Below, in pieces: positions 47,753-56,595 of a stretch of DNA of 64,000 nt (positions are counted from its first letter, which is position 1; the number at the start of each line of letters is the position of its first letter). The notes under the pieces were generated by a model, which saw only the letters and a program-made list of their open reading frames with translations, had not been told where the DNA came from and searched no databases. Made by a program: the position numbers and the translations under genes. The stretch is taken from contig CALMRC010000053.1 in the NCBI GenBank assembly GCA_937873275.1, positions 22 through 64,021 of the forward strand. Reading direction: 5' to 3'. The DNA is from an uncultured Spirochaetota bacterium. Its GTDB lineage: Bacteria; Spirochaetota; Spirochaetia; Treponematales; UBA12059.

Positions 47753-47805
47753 CGTGAGGGCGGCTAAGCCGCCCTCACGGCGACGAAGCCCTCCGGGCTT
47801 CGTCG
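47753..47805. terminator. Two tandem perfect hairpins between convergent genes
   Basis: CGTGAGGGCGGC-taa-GCCGCCCTCACG (47753-47779) and CGACGAAGCCC-tcc-GGGCTTCGTCG (47781-47805). Confidence 0.6.
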
Positions 47806-47812
47806 ATTTCCG

Positions 47813-48790
47813 CTACGAGGGTTGCCCCCGCGTATAGGCCTCCCACGTAGTCCGGACTAGGGTGGCCGCGTCGGAGCGGCGGGCGGTCCAGTCTAAGAGC
47901 TCCCGGGCCCGGGCGGAGGAGGCCACCAGCTTGGCGGGGTCCCCGGGACGCCGGGCCGTCATGACCGCGGGGATGGGCTTCCCGGTGATCTTCCGGGCCG
48001 CCTCGAGGATCTCCAGGACCGACAGGCCCTCCTCGCTCCCCAGATTCACCGTTACGCTCCGGTCGTTCCGCTCGATGTACTCGAGCCCCGAGACGTGGGC
48101 GTCCGCCAGGTCGGAGACGTGGACGTAGTCCCGGACCCCGGTTCCGTCCGGGGTCGGATAGTCGGTGCCGAAGACCTTGAGCTCCGGCCGGCGCCCCACG
48201 GCGACCTCCATGATCACCGGAATGAGGTTGGCGGGATTCCGCTCCAGGCCCCGGACGCGGCCGGCCTCGTCGTAGCCCGCGGCGTTGAAATACCGCAGAG
48301 CCGCGAACCGGATGCCCTTGAGCTTGTCGTACCAGCCCAGGAAGCGCTCGATCTCCAGCTTGGTGAAGCCGTAGTAATTCTCCGGGTTCGTGGGGTGACC
48401 CTCGTCCAGGGGTATGTACTCGGGCTCCCCGTAGACCGCCGCGGAGGAGGAGAAGACGATCCGGCGCACCCCGGCGGCGCTGGCGGCGTTCAGGATGTTC
48501 AGGGTCCCGGAGATGTTGTTGACCGAGTACTTCTCGGGCTTTTCCATGGATTCCCCGGCGGCCTTGAAGGCGGCCAGGTGGACCAGGGCGTCGTAGCCGC
48601 CCTTCATCACGCCCTCCAGGCGCCGGTAGTCCAGGATGTCTCCCTCCTCGAACCGCGCCTCCGGGAAAAGATTCTCCCGGACCCCCGTGGAGAGGTTGTC
48701 GAAGACCGTGACCTCCGCCCCCTTGTCCAGGAAGGCCCGGGCCACGTGGCTGCCGATGTACCCGGCTCCGCCGATCACCAATACCTTCAT
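47813..48790 (-). CDS. galE: UDP-glucose 4-epimerase
   Basis: Trimmed to MKVLVIGGAGYIGSH (ATG at 48790). YGFTKLEIE (YxxxK). The 1528-aa ORF listed is galE plus a stop-free shadow frame over the next two genes. Confidence 0.9.
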   Translation of the reverse strand: MKVLVIGGAGYIGSHVARAFLDKGAEVTVFDNLSTGVRENLFPEARFEEGDILDYRRLEGVMKGGYDALVHLAAFKAAGESMEKPEKYSVNNISGTLNILNAASAAGVRRIVFSSSAAVYGEPEYIPLDEGHPTNPENYYGFTKLEIERFLGWYDKLKGIRFAALRYFNAAGYDEAGRVRGLERNPANLIPVIMEVAVGRRPELKVFGTDYPTPDGTGVRDYVHVSDLADAHVSGLEYIERNDRSVTVNLGSEEGLSVLEILEAARKITGKPIPAVMTARRPGDPAKLVASSARARELLDWTARRSDAATLVRTTWEAYTRGQPS

Positions 48791-48804
48791 ATTCCTCTCC
48801 TTCC

Positions 48805-51744
48805 TCACTTGAGGGGCTTTTCCACGATGCGTCCCAGCTGGACGTCGAAGGCGAAGGCCACCCGCTCCTTGCGGCTCTGGATTTCCAGGAACCGGTTGTG
48901 GCTCTCCAGGATCACCCCGGGATGCACGACCCCCCGGACCACGACCGCCGAGTCGTGGTGCTCCTCGAAGCGCTCCCGGAGGTCGAAGACCCGGAGACCC
49001 CGCTTTTCCAGGAGCTTGAGGAGCTTGGTCTTGTCCTGCCGGACCTCGTCCAGGGAGAAGCCGCCCCGCTCCAGGTCCTTCATCCGCTTGTCCGTCTGGA
49101 GGATCAGGGCCTTGAGCCGCTCGATCTCCCGCTCCTCCGCCTCCGCCTGGTCCGCCAGGAGGTAGTCCTGGCCGAAGGAGACCTCCGTCTTGATCCCGTT
49201 CTCGGAGCCGAGGTTCTGGACCTCCACGCCCTTCCGGGCCCGGACGACGCCCCCGATCAGGACCCCCTTGTCCCCTCCCAGCACCAGGCGGCCGTTGGTC
49301 TTCACGTTGGACAGCAGGCATGCCCCCCGGAGGTTCACCCCCTCCACGGCCAGGAGGAGGGCCTGCTCCGCGAAGGCGGCTTCCAGGGTCTTCCGGGCCC
49401 GGAGGGTAGCCTTGCGGCGTCCCTTGATCCCTTCCCCGATACGGATGGACCCGTCCGAGGAGACCAGGGCGGCCTCCACGGATCCCGAGATGGTCACGTC
49501 CCCCTCCGCGAAAACCGTGTACCCCCCCAGGACGGAGCCCGAGACCTGGACGGCCCCGGGAAACCGGACGTTTCCGGTGGCGGGGCCCACGTCCCCGGCC
49601 ACCTGCTTGCCCTGCACGATGGAAAGGCGGTTCCCCTCGAAATAGAGCTCCCCGGTGCGGGCGGCAACCAGGAGGACGTTGCCCTCCGGGGTCCTCTCCT
49701 CCCGGACCGAGGCGTCCCACTGGGGAGGGGGCGCGGAGCGGGGGTCTACCGGGGGCTTCAGCGCCCGGCCCAGGACGTCGACACCGTCCTCGCCCTCCCC
49801 GCCGAAGCGCACCAACTCCACGAGGGGCTGGCCCTCGGTCACCAGGGTCGACCGGTCCTGGTTCTTGAAGTCCGCCCGGCCGTCCTGGCGGATGGTGACC
49901 GCCGCGCCCGTGGCCTTCCGGACCCTCCACTCCACCCGGACTCCTCCGGCGGCCACGGGGTCCTTGCGCCGGGCGACCACGAGACCCTCGGAGGCCCGGC
50001 CTTCCAGGGAATCCAGGACGGCCCGGGAGACGGCGTCCCGGTCGATCCCGTAGGTCACCCCCTCGGCGGCTAGAGCGGCCAGGACCGATTCTACGGTGGG
50101 AGGGGGCGCGAACCCCGCCGGAGGACTCAGGACGAGCCGGGCCTCCGAGGCGTCCGGATCGACGGTCACCTCCGTCCGGGCCTCCTTGAACGGGAGGACC
50201 CGGAGCAGGACCTCGCCGTCCCGCTCGCCCCGGAGCGCAAGGCCCTCGGCCTCGCTGCGGAAGACGTCCCGGAGCCGTGCCACATTTTCGAAGGTCCGCA
50301 CCTTGGGATCCGCCCCGGGGGCTCCCGGGAGGGTCTCCCCCGTCACCGTCAGTCCCGGGGTGCCCGGGGAGGGCGGCGTGAATTTCCCGAGTTCCTGGCC
50401 CGCCTGGACGTAGCAAAGGTCCTTCGCCTCGTCCAGGGGAAAGTCCCCCAGGCTCGGGACGGAGTCGGACAGGGACGGATGTCCGGCCAGGGCCTTCCGG
50501 AGGGGTTCCGTCTGGTCCTCGGGGAGGAAGGCTACGGACCAGGCCAGCTCCCGGTCCTTGCCTTGCCCCGGGGGTCGGCCCTCGGCCAGGACGTAATCCG
50601 AGAGCTCCAGGTCCGGTCCCTTGAAGAACTCCAGGAGGTCCTTCTTGACCTTGGCGGTGTCCATGCCGGAGATCTTGGCCCGGGCGATCGCGGTGCCCAG
50701 GGCGGGGAGCTCCAGGGGCCGTCCCCGGCCCCGGCCCTTCCGGGCCGTGACGGACGCCCGCATCCGGTCCGGAGAGATCACGACCTCCACGGAGGCGTCC
50801 CGGCTCTCGGAGATGCTGTAGGAAAGGAGGGGTTCCGCCTCCGCGACCGCGGACCGGACCGCCCGGGCGATGTCGTCCGGGGAGACCAGGGAAGCCCGGT
50901 CGGCGCCCCGGGCTTCCGCGGCGGCCAGGATTTCCTCGGCGGCGGGCAGGGGCAGGCGCACGTCCCCGGGGTAGAAATTGAGCAGGAAGGACGTCCCGTC
51001 CCCGGACCGCGCCACCTCCCAGGAATGGATCCCGAAGGGCAGGATGTCCACCCACCGGGACCCGATCCGCACGAAGCCGTCCGTCCCGGCGACAAGCTCG
51101 TTCCGGGATCGCGTCACGCCCTCGCCGCAGTGGAAGCCGGTGTCCTCGGGGCCCTCCGGGGTGATCGCCTTTCCGAACACGGTCTTTCCGGGCTTGCCCG
51201 GGGCCGCCGTGGAGAGGACCGCGAGGCGCTGGCCCTTTCGGGCGAATCCGGTCGCCAGGATCTTGGTGTCCAGGGCCACGGGTTCCCGGACCTCCCGCTT
51301 CTCGACCTCCACGATCCGCTCTTCCTTGGCCGGGAGGAAGGGCAGGGCCCCGGGCTTGCGGATCACCTTTTCCACCGAAACCTTCTCCGTCCGGGTCCGG
51401 TAGATCGCCGGGGCGGGAGCCTCCCGGAGGATCGCCTCCCGGTAGGGCTCCGCCTCGGGAGGTACCGGCAGGTCGACCCACTCGGGATCCTCCAGGGTCG
51501 GGGGCTCCGGGGGGACGCCCCGGACCAGGACCTCCAGGTGGGGGCTCCCGGCGCGGGCGAACTTGGCCAGGATCTCCTCGATCCGCTTCTGGGCAACCCC
51601 GGCCAGACGGGCGTCCAGGGCCAGGCGCATCGTCCGGCCGACGCTCCACTCCTCGCCCTTGGGATCCGGCCGGAAGACGAGGGAAGCCTCGAGGCCCGCG
51701 GGATCGACCCGCAGCTCGATCGAACCGGTCGGAGGGGAGGCCAC
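48805..51744 (-). CDS. Giant DUF342/FapA-family protein (979 aa) with three FapA-N-like modules
   Basis: The C-terminal beta-helix region has GNVRFPGAVQVSGSVLGGYTVFAEGDVTISGSV, followed by a coiled coil and the VVRGVVHPGVIL end typical of DUF342. Three N-terminal-type modules start at IELRVDPAGLEASLVF, VEVVISPDRMRASVTA and EVTVDPDASEARLVLS. Confidence 0.75.
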   Translation of the reverse strand: MASPPTGSIELRVDPAGLEASLVFRPDPKGEEWSVGRTMRLALDARLAGVAQKRIEEILAKFARAGSPHLEVLVRGVPPEPPTLEDPEWVDLPVPPEAEPYREAILREAPAPAIYRTRTEKVSVEKVIRKPGALPFLPAKEERIVEVEKREVREPVALDTKILATGFARKGQRLAVLSTAAPGKPGKTVFGKAITPEGPEDTGFHCGEGVTRSRNELVAGTDGFVRIGSRWVDILPFGIHSWEVARSGDGTSFLLNFYPGDVRLPLPAAEEILAAAEARGADRASLVSPDDIARAVRSAVAEAEPLLSYSISESRDASVEVVISPDRMRASVTARKGRGRGRPLELPALGTAIARAKISGMDTAKVKKDLLEFFKGPDLELSDYVLAEGRPPGQGKDRELAWSVAFLPEDQTEPLRKALAGHPSLSDSVPSLGDFPLDEAKDLCYVQAGQELGKFTPPSPGTPGLTVTGETLPGAPGADPKVRTFENVARLRDVFRSEAEGLALRGERDGEVLLRVLPFKEARTEVTVDPDASEARLVLSPPAGFAPPPTVESVLAALAAEGVTYGIDRDAVSRAVLDSLEGRASEGLVVARRKDPVAAGGVRVEWRVRKATGAAVTIRQDGRADFKNQDRSTLVTEGQPLVELVRFGGEGEDGVDVLGRALKPPVDPRSAPPPQWDASVREERTPEGNVLLVAARTGELYFEGNRLSIVQGKQVAGDVGPATGNVRFPGAVQVSGSVLGGYTVFAEGDVTISGSVEAALVSSDGSIRIGEGIKGRRKATLRARKTLEAAFAEQALLLAVEGVNLRGACLLSNVKTNGRLVLGGDKGVLIGGVVRARKGVEVQNLGSENGIKTEVSFGQDYLLADQAEAEEREIERLKALILQTDKRMKDLERGGFSLDEVRQDKTKLLKLLEKRGLRVFDLRERFEEHHDSAVVVRGVVHPGVILESHNRFLEIQSRKERVAFAFDVQLGRIVEKPLK

Positions 51745-51747
51745 GAC

Positions 51748-52890
51748 CTACCCCTTGAATCCCTGGGAGAAGGCCTTGACCAGTTTGGATTTCAGGAACT
51801 GGTTCTCCTTCCGGAGCTGCCCGATCTCGAACTGCTGGGACTTGACGGTCTCCACCAGGTCCCCGGGGGTCAAGGATCCCGCGTGGAGGAGGTCCTCGAT
51901 GTACTCGACCTTGGCGGAGAAGTCGATCTCCGCCTCCATCTCCGCGGTCTGGTACGTCTCGTCCAGGTAGGCGTCCGACAGGGGCTCTTCCCCGGCGTCC
52001 TCGCAGGACAGGAGCTTGTCCGCCATGCGGTAGATCGCCTGGGACAGGACCGCCTGGGGCTTGTAGCGGAGGATGGGGATCCGGCTTCCCAGGGCGATGT
52101 CCTGGAGGTCGTCCCGGTAGAGGATGCCCAAGTGCTCCACGTCCAGGTTCAGGTACTGGAGGCTGGACTTGCGGATCTTCTGGGCCTTTTCCGCGTCCTT
52201 GGGATCCTCCAGCATGTTCATGACCAGCCGGGGCCGGAAGTGGGCGGCCTTGGCCTCGAAGGCGGCCCGGCTTTCCGGGTCCACCCGGCCCACCTGGTCC
52301 AGGATGGCCGGAACGTAGGCCTTCTGGAGGGAGGAACCGTCCTTCCGGAGATTCTCGAGCACTCCGTACGCGGCGGTGCCCTTCTTGAAGGTGGTCCACA
52401 TGAGCCGGAAGACCGCGTTCTTGAGGAAGAGGTAGGCGTTCAGGGTGGCCGTCAGGGCCGGGGCCGTGACGACGATGCCCTGGGAAGCGGTCAGGAAGAA
52501 ATCCAGGATGTTCGCCCCCGTGCCCGCCCCCAGGTCGAGGACCAGGTAGTCCGTGTCCAGGCCCAGGAGCTTCTTGACCAGGCGATTCTTCTGGAGGGAG
52601 GTGATGTTCGCGAGGCCGGGGATCTCCGCGTCCCCCGGGATGAACCGAAGGTTGGGATACTCCGTGTCCAGCAGGATGCCGTCGAACTCGGCCCCCGGGG
52701 CGGACAGCCAGGTGCCGACTCCCCGGCCCCGGGACGGAATGCCTAAAAGGACGTGGAGGTTGGAGGCTCCGAGGTCCAGGTCCGCCAGGATCACCCGGCG
52801 TCCCGCCTCCGCCAGCGCGATGGAAAGGTTCGCGGCCACCAGGGACTTGCCCACTCCGCCCTTTCCGCTGGCGATCGGCACGATGTGCAT
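51748..52890 (-). CDS. MinD/ParA/FlhG-family P-loop ATPase with C-terminal coiled-coil extension
   Basis: IASGKGGVGKS deviant Walker A, then LVLDLGAG. About 100 extra C-terminal residues. Its stop is 4 nt upstream of the DUF342 start. Confidence 0.8.
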   Translation of the reverse strand: MHIVPIASGKGGVGKSLVAANLSIALAEAGRRVILADLDLGASNLHVLLGIPSRGRGVGTWLSAPGAEFDGILLDTEYPNLRFIPGDAEIPGLANITSLQKNRLVKKLLGLDTDYLVLDLGAGTGANILDFFLTASQGIVVTAPALTATLNAYLFLKNAVFRLMWTTFKKGTAAYGVLENLRKDGSSLQKAYVPAILDQVGRVDPESRAAFEAKAAHFRPRLVMNMLEDPKDAEKAQKIRKSSLQYLNLDVEHLGILYRDDLQDIALGSRIPILRYKPQAVLSQAIYRMADKLLSCEDAGEEPLSDAYLDETYQTAEMEAEIDFSAKVEYIEDLLHAGSLTPGDLVETVKSQQFEIGQLRKENQFLKSKLVKAFSQGFKG

Positions 52891-52898
52891 GGATCCTC

Positions 52899-53363
52899 CT
52901 ACTCGATCTCCACGGCTTCCGGTTCGGGCTCCGGCGCCCCGGGCTCGGGCGCGGCGGATCCCAGGGGACGGACCCGGAGGGACCGGGCCAGGGCCAGTCC
53001 CGCGGCGAGGTCCCAGACCAGGAAGGCCCCCATCGCTGTCAGGAGGATCCCGGGATCCCCCTGGGGGGGCAGTTCGTTCCGGAAGGTCAGGACGAACCTC
53101 GCGGCCAGGGAACCCAGGGTCAGGACTCCCAGGGCCTTCCCCGCCGCAAGGAGGGGACGGAAGGCGTCATACCTGCGGGGATCGAGCCACAGAAAAAAAA
53201 ACCCGCCCGCGAACAGGAGATGGGGGGAGGCGGCGAACTGGAGGAGCGCGAGGGAGGTCCTCCCCGCCGCGCCGCCCAGGAAGGCGCGCGACAGGGCGAC
53301 AAGCCCGAAAAACCGGACCACTTCCCCGCCCGCGCCCAGAAGGGTGATGATGGATCGCCGCAT
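52899..53363 (-). CDS. Small polytopic membrane protein (about 4 TM), unknown function
   Basis: Hydrophobic segments and an acidic PEPE-rich tail. First gene of the MinD-like/DUF342/galE string. Confidence 0.5.
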   Translation of the reverse strand: MRRSIITLLGAGGEVVRFFGLVALSRAFLGGAAGRTSLALLQFAASPHLLFAGGFFFLWLDPRRYDAFRPLLAAGKALGVLTLGSLAARFVLTFRNELPPQGDPGILLTAMGAFLVWDLAAGLALARSLRVRPLGSAAPEPGAPEPEPEAVEIE

Positions 53364-53441
53364 AGGATTTCAGTCTACCCAGCCCTCCCGGGGGCGTCAA
53401 GCATTGACAGCCCCCGGCGCTACGCGGACAATAGAAATACC

Positions 53442-54932
53442 ATGCGAACCACCCCCGCTTCCGGGAAGAACGACCGGGTCGCCTGGACCGCCGTCGTGGC
53501 GGCCCTGGCCCTGTGCTCGATCCTGTCCGTCTCCGTCCCCCCGGCCTTCGCCCAGACCCCGGCCTCGGACGCCCAGCGGTATTCCTCCCTCTTCCAGAAC
53601 GTGTACTCCTTCATACTCCAGAACTACGTGGACGAGGTGGATCCCAAGGTCCTCTACGAGGGGGCCATGAAGGGCATGCTGGACGCCCTGAACGACCCCT
53701 ACTCGACCTTCCTGGACACCGCCGCCATGAGCGACCTCCAGGACACGACGGTGGGCCAGTACGGTGGCATCGGGCTCTACATCTCCAAGACTCCGCCTTC
53801 CAGCCGCCTGCCCGGGGAGGAACCCTGGGTCGAGGTCGTGTCCCCCATCGAGGACACCCCGGGCTGGCGCGCGGGCATCCAGCCCGGGGACTGGATCAGC
53901 GAGATCGACGGGGTTTCCACGGCCCCCCTGGCCATGGACGAGGTGCTGAAAAAGCTCCGGGGCGCCCCGGGGTCCACGGTGGTCCTGACCATCCGCAGGG
54001 GGGAGAGCATCACCTTCCCCGTCGCGATCGTCCGGGCCCTGATAGAGGTTCCCTCGGTCAAGCGGGCGATGATGCCCAACCGCACGGGATACCTGCGGAT
54101 CATCGAGTTCAATCCCCAGACCACCGCCCGGGTCCGGGAAGCCCTGGAGGAGTTCAAGTCCCAGGGAGCCCGGGCCCTGATCATCGACCTCCGGAACAAC
54201 CCCGGCGGACTTCTGTCCGCGGTCATCGACACCGCGGACCTCTTCCTGGACTCCGGACTCATCGTTTCCACCAAGTCCCGCACCCCCTACGAGAACCAGA
54301 TCTATCGCGCCAAGCCCGACCTCGTCGCTCCCCGGGACTGGCCCGTCGTGGTACTGATCAACCGGGGCTCCGCCAGCGCCTCGGAGATCCTGGCGGGGGC
54401 CCTGAAGGACCAGAAACGGGCCTACCTGGTCGGGGAGCGTAGCTACGGCAAGGGCGCGGTCCAACAGATCTTCCCCCTGGGGGAGACGGGGTTCAAGCTG
54501 ACCATGTCCCGGTACTACACCCCCAGCGACGCCAACATCGACAAGGTCGGCATCCTGCCGGATCTGGAGGTCAAGGAGCCGGAGCTGTCCGAGAAGGAGG
54601 CCGAGGAGCTGTCCCGGCTCCTGGAGCAGCGCACCTTCGCGAACTTCGCCAAGGAAAACCCCGACGCCACCGAGCCGGAACGGAAGGCCTTCGTCCGGAA
54701 GCTCCGGGACTCGGGGGTCCAGCTGTCGGAGCGGCTCCTGGAGCGGCTGGTCCGCAACGAGCTCCAGCGCACGACCATCGCCCCGGCCTACGACCTGGAA
54801 TACGACATCCAGCTCCAGGAGGCGGTCCGGCTGATCGACCAGGGCCGCATACGGGAGCTCCTGTCCGCGTCCCGGACGGTCCGGGAAAGCCAGGACCTGG
54901 CCGCCGCCTCCGTGACCGCGCCGAAGCCCTGA
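53442..54932 (+). CDS. ctp: Carboxy-terminal processing protease (S41, PDZ-containing)
   Basis: ATG at 53442. GGIGLYIS, the PDZ segment GDWISEIDG, NNPGGLL, and GSASASEILAGALKD with the catalytic Ser. Confidence 0.9.
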   Translation: MRTTPASGKNDRVAWTAVVAALALCSILSVSVPPAFAQTPASDAQRYSSLFQNVYSFILQNYVDEVDPKVLYEGAMKGMLDALNDPYSTFLDTAAMSDLQDTTVGQYGGIGLYISKTPPSSRLPGEEPWVEVVSPIEDTPGWRAGIQPGDWISEIDGVSTAPLAMDEVLKKLRGAPGSTVVLTIRRGESITFPVAIVRALIEVPSVKRAMMPNRTGYLRIIEFNPQTTARVREALEEFKSQGARALIIDLRNNPGGLLSAVIDTADLFLDSGLIVSTKSRTPYENQIYRAKPDLVAPRDWPVVVLINRGSASASEILAGALKDQKRAYLVGERSYGKGAVQQIFPLGETGFKLTMSRYYTPSDANIDKVGILPDLEVKEPELSEKEAEELSRLLEQRTFANFAKENPDATEPERKAFVRKLRDSGVQLSERLLERLVRNELQRTTIAPAYDLEYDIQLQEAVRLIDQGRIRELLSASRTVRESQDLAAASVTAPKP

Positions 54933-54952
54933 GGGCGCGGGACCGGCCCGCG

Positions 54953-55744
54953 GTGCGCCAGTTCGTCCTTCCCCCCCGCTGGTCCGGCGGCCCCGGTTGC
55001 GTCCTCACAGGAGAGGACGCCCGGTACTTGGTCTCGGTCCTGCGCCTGTCCCCGGGGGACCGCTTCCCGGGCCTGGACCGGGAGGGTCGTCGGTACGACC
55101 TGGAGATCCGGTCGGTGTCCCAGGGCCGGGTGGACCTGGCCGTGCTGCCCCGACGGGATTCCGGGGAGGACGGCCCCGACCGTCCGGCGACCCCGGGAGG
55201 AACCCGGCTGGTCCTGGTCCAGGCCCTGCCGAAGGGCCGCAAGATGGACCTGGTCGTGCGGCAGGCCGCGGAGGCCGGCGTAGCCCGGATCCTCCCGGTC
55301 GAGAGCTCCCGTTCCGTGGCCCGGATCTCGGACGAGGGAGGGGCGGCGGTCAAGCGGGCCCGGTGGGAGCGCATCGTCCGGGAGGCCCTGCAGCAGAGCG
55401 GTTCCCCCCTGCGGACCGAGGTGGAGCTCCCCCGGCCCTTTCGGGACCTGCCCGACCTGCTCGGGGACCCGGTCCCCGGACGGATCGGCCTCTATTTTCA
55501 CGAGTCGCCCCTTGATGGAGGCACGCTGCATCGCTATCTTTCCGGGGAGCCCGGCGAGGTCGTGGCCTGCGTCGGACCGGAGGGCGGATTCTCGATGGAG
55601 GAAGTGCGCTTCCTGGACGGCCTCGGATTCCGGTCCGCCCACCTGGGCCCCACGGTCCTCCGGACCGAGACGGCCGCCCTCTACGCCATAGCCGCGATTC
55701 AAGTGATCCTATTGGAGCGTTCCTCATGGACTCCGACCGAGTGA
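54953..55744 (+). CDS. rsmE: 16S rRNA (uracil1498-N3)-methyltransferase
   Basis: MRQFVLP, LVQALPKGRKMDLVVRQAAEAGV, GPEGGFS and LGPTVLRTETA. Confidence 0.85.
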   Translation: MRQFVLPPRWSGGPGCVLTGEDARYLVSVLRLSPGDRFPGLDREGRRYDLEIRSVSQGRVDLAVLPRRDSGEDGPDRPATPGGTRLVLVQALPKGRKMDLVVRQAAEAGVARILPVESSRSVARISDEGGAAVKRARWERIVREALQQSGSPLRTEVELPRPFRDLPDLLGDPVPGRIGLYFHESPLDGGTLHRYLSGEPGEVVACVGPEGGFSMEEVRFLDGLGFRSAHLGPTVLRTETAALYAIAAIQVILLERSSWTPTE

Positions 55745-56472
55745 CCCGCATCTCCCTGCTGAACGTGCCCCTGGACATCCTCAAGCCGGAGGATTTCGAC
55801 GACGTCATCCGGTCCATGTTCTCCGACGGCCGGAACCACCAGATCGTCCTCCTGTCCCTCTGGGACCTCCTCCGGGCCCGGAGGAACGGGGAATTCCGGA
55901 GCATGGTGAACGGGGCGTCCCTGGTCCTGCCCATCTCCCGGTCCCTGGTCCGGGGGGCCCGCTTCCTCCGCCGGGAGGAACCCGTCCGGTACATGCCCTT
56001 CGATTTCGCCATCCGCCTCCTGAACGCCCTGGAGCGGTGGAACCGGTCCGTATACCTCCTGGGCTCCACCCGCCGGAACCTGGGCCTGGCGGAGGAAAAC
56101 ATCCACGCCACCTACCCGGGCATCCGGATCGTGGGCCGGTTCCCGGGACACTACCCCAAGCACATGGAGCAGAGCATCCTCCAGGCCATCCGGAAATCCA
56201 CGCCCACCCTCCTCCTGGTGGGCCGGGGGGTGGCCGGGCGGGAACGGTGGATCCCCCGGAGCCTCAAACACTTCAACTCCGGCCTCTACCTCTGGTGCTC
56301 GGACCTCTTCGACGTCTTCGCGGAAAAGGCTCCCAAGCCTTCCAAGGCCCTCTTCGACCGGGGTCTGGAGTGGATTTCCTACACCTTCCGCCGCCCGTGG
56401 AAGGTATTCCGCATCCTGCCCTACCTCCGGTACCGGCTTCTCCTTCTCTGGTACCGGATCCGCCGCCGCTGA
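55726..56472 (+). CDS. WecG/TagA/CpsF-family glycosyltransferase
   Basis: LLNVPLDIL, VYLLGSTRRNL and the LLLVGRGV pattern. Confidence 0.7.
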   Translation: MDSDRVTRISLLNVPLDILKPEDFDDVIRSMFSDGRNHQIVLLSLWDLLRARRNGEFRSMVNGASLVLPISRSLVRGARFLRREEPVRYMPFDFAIRLLNALERWNRSVYLLGSTRRNLGLAEENIHATYPGIRIVGRFPGHYPKHMEQSILQAIRKSTPTLLLVGRGVAGRERWIPRSLKHFNSGLYLWCSDLFDVFAEKAPKPSKALFDRGLEWISYTFRRPWKVFRILPYLRYRLLLLWYRIRRR

Positions 56473-56595
56473 CGGAGCCGGGTCCGGAAACCCCGGGAGG
56501 GCCGGATCCGACCGGAATCGGGTGTAGACGAATATCTACAAGCTCCCCCTCCCGAGCCCCTTGAAGCCGAAATCCGGGGGATTTAGGTTTTTCCC

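Noticed and set aside
48791-52399. Upstream 1203 codons of the 1528-aa minus-strand ORF that ends as galE
   Set aside because: Only the last 325 codons (from ATG at 48790) look like a protein, namely GalE. The remainder is Gly/Arg/Pro low complexity in a different frame of the DUF342 and MinD-like genes. In genes with G/C at nearly every third position, the frame whose first base falls on that position almost never forms T-initiated stop codons. Its length is therefore not evidence of coding.
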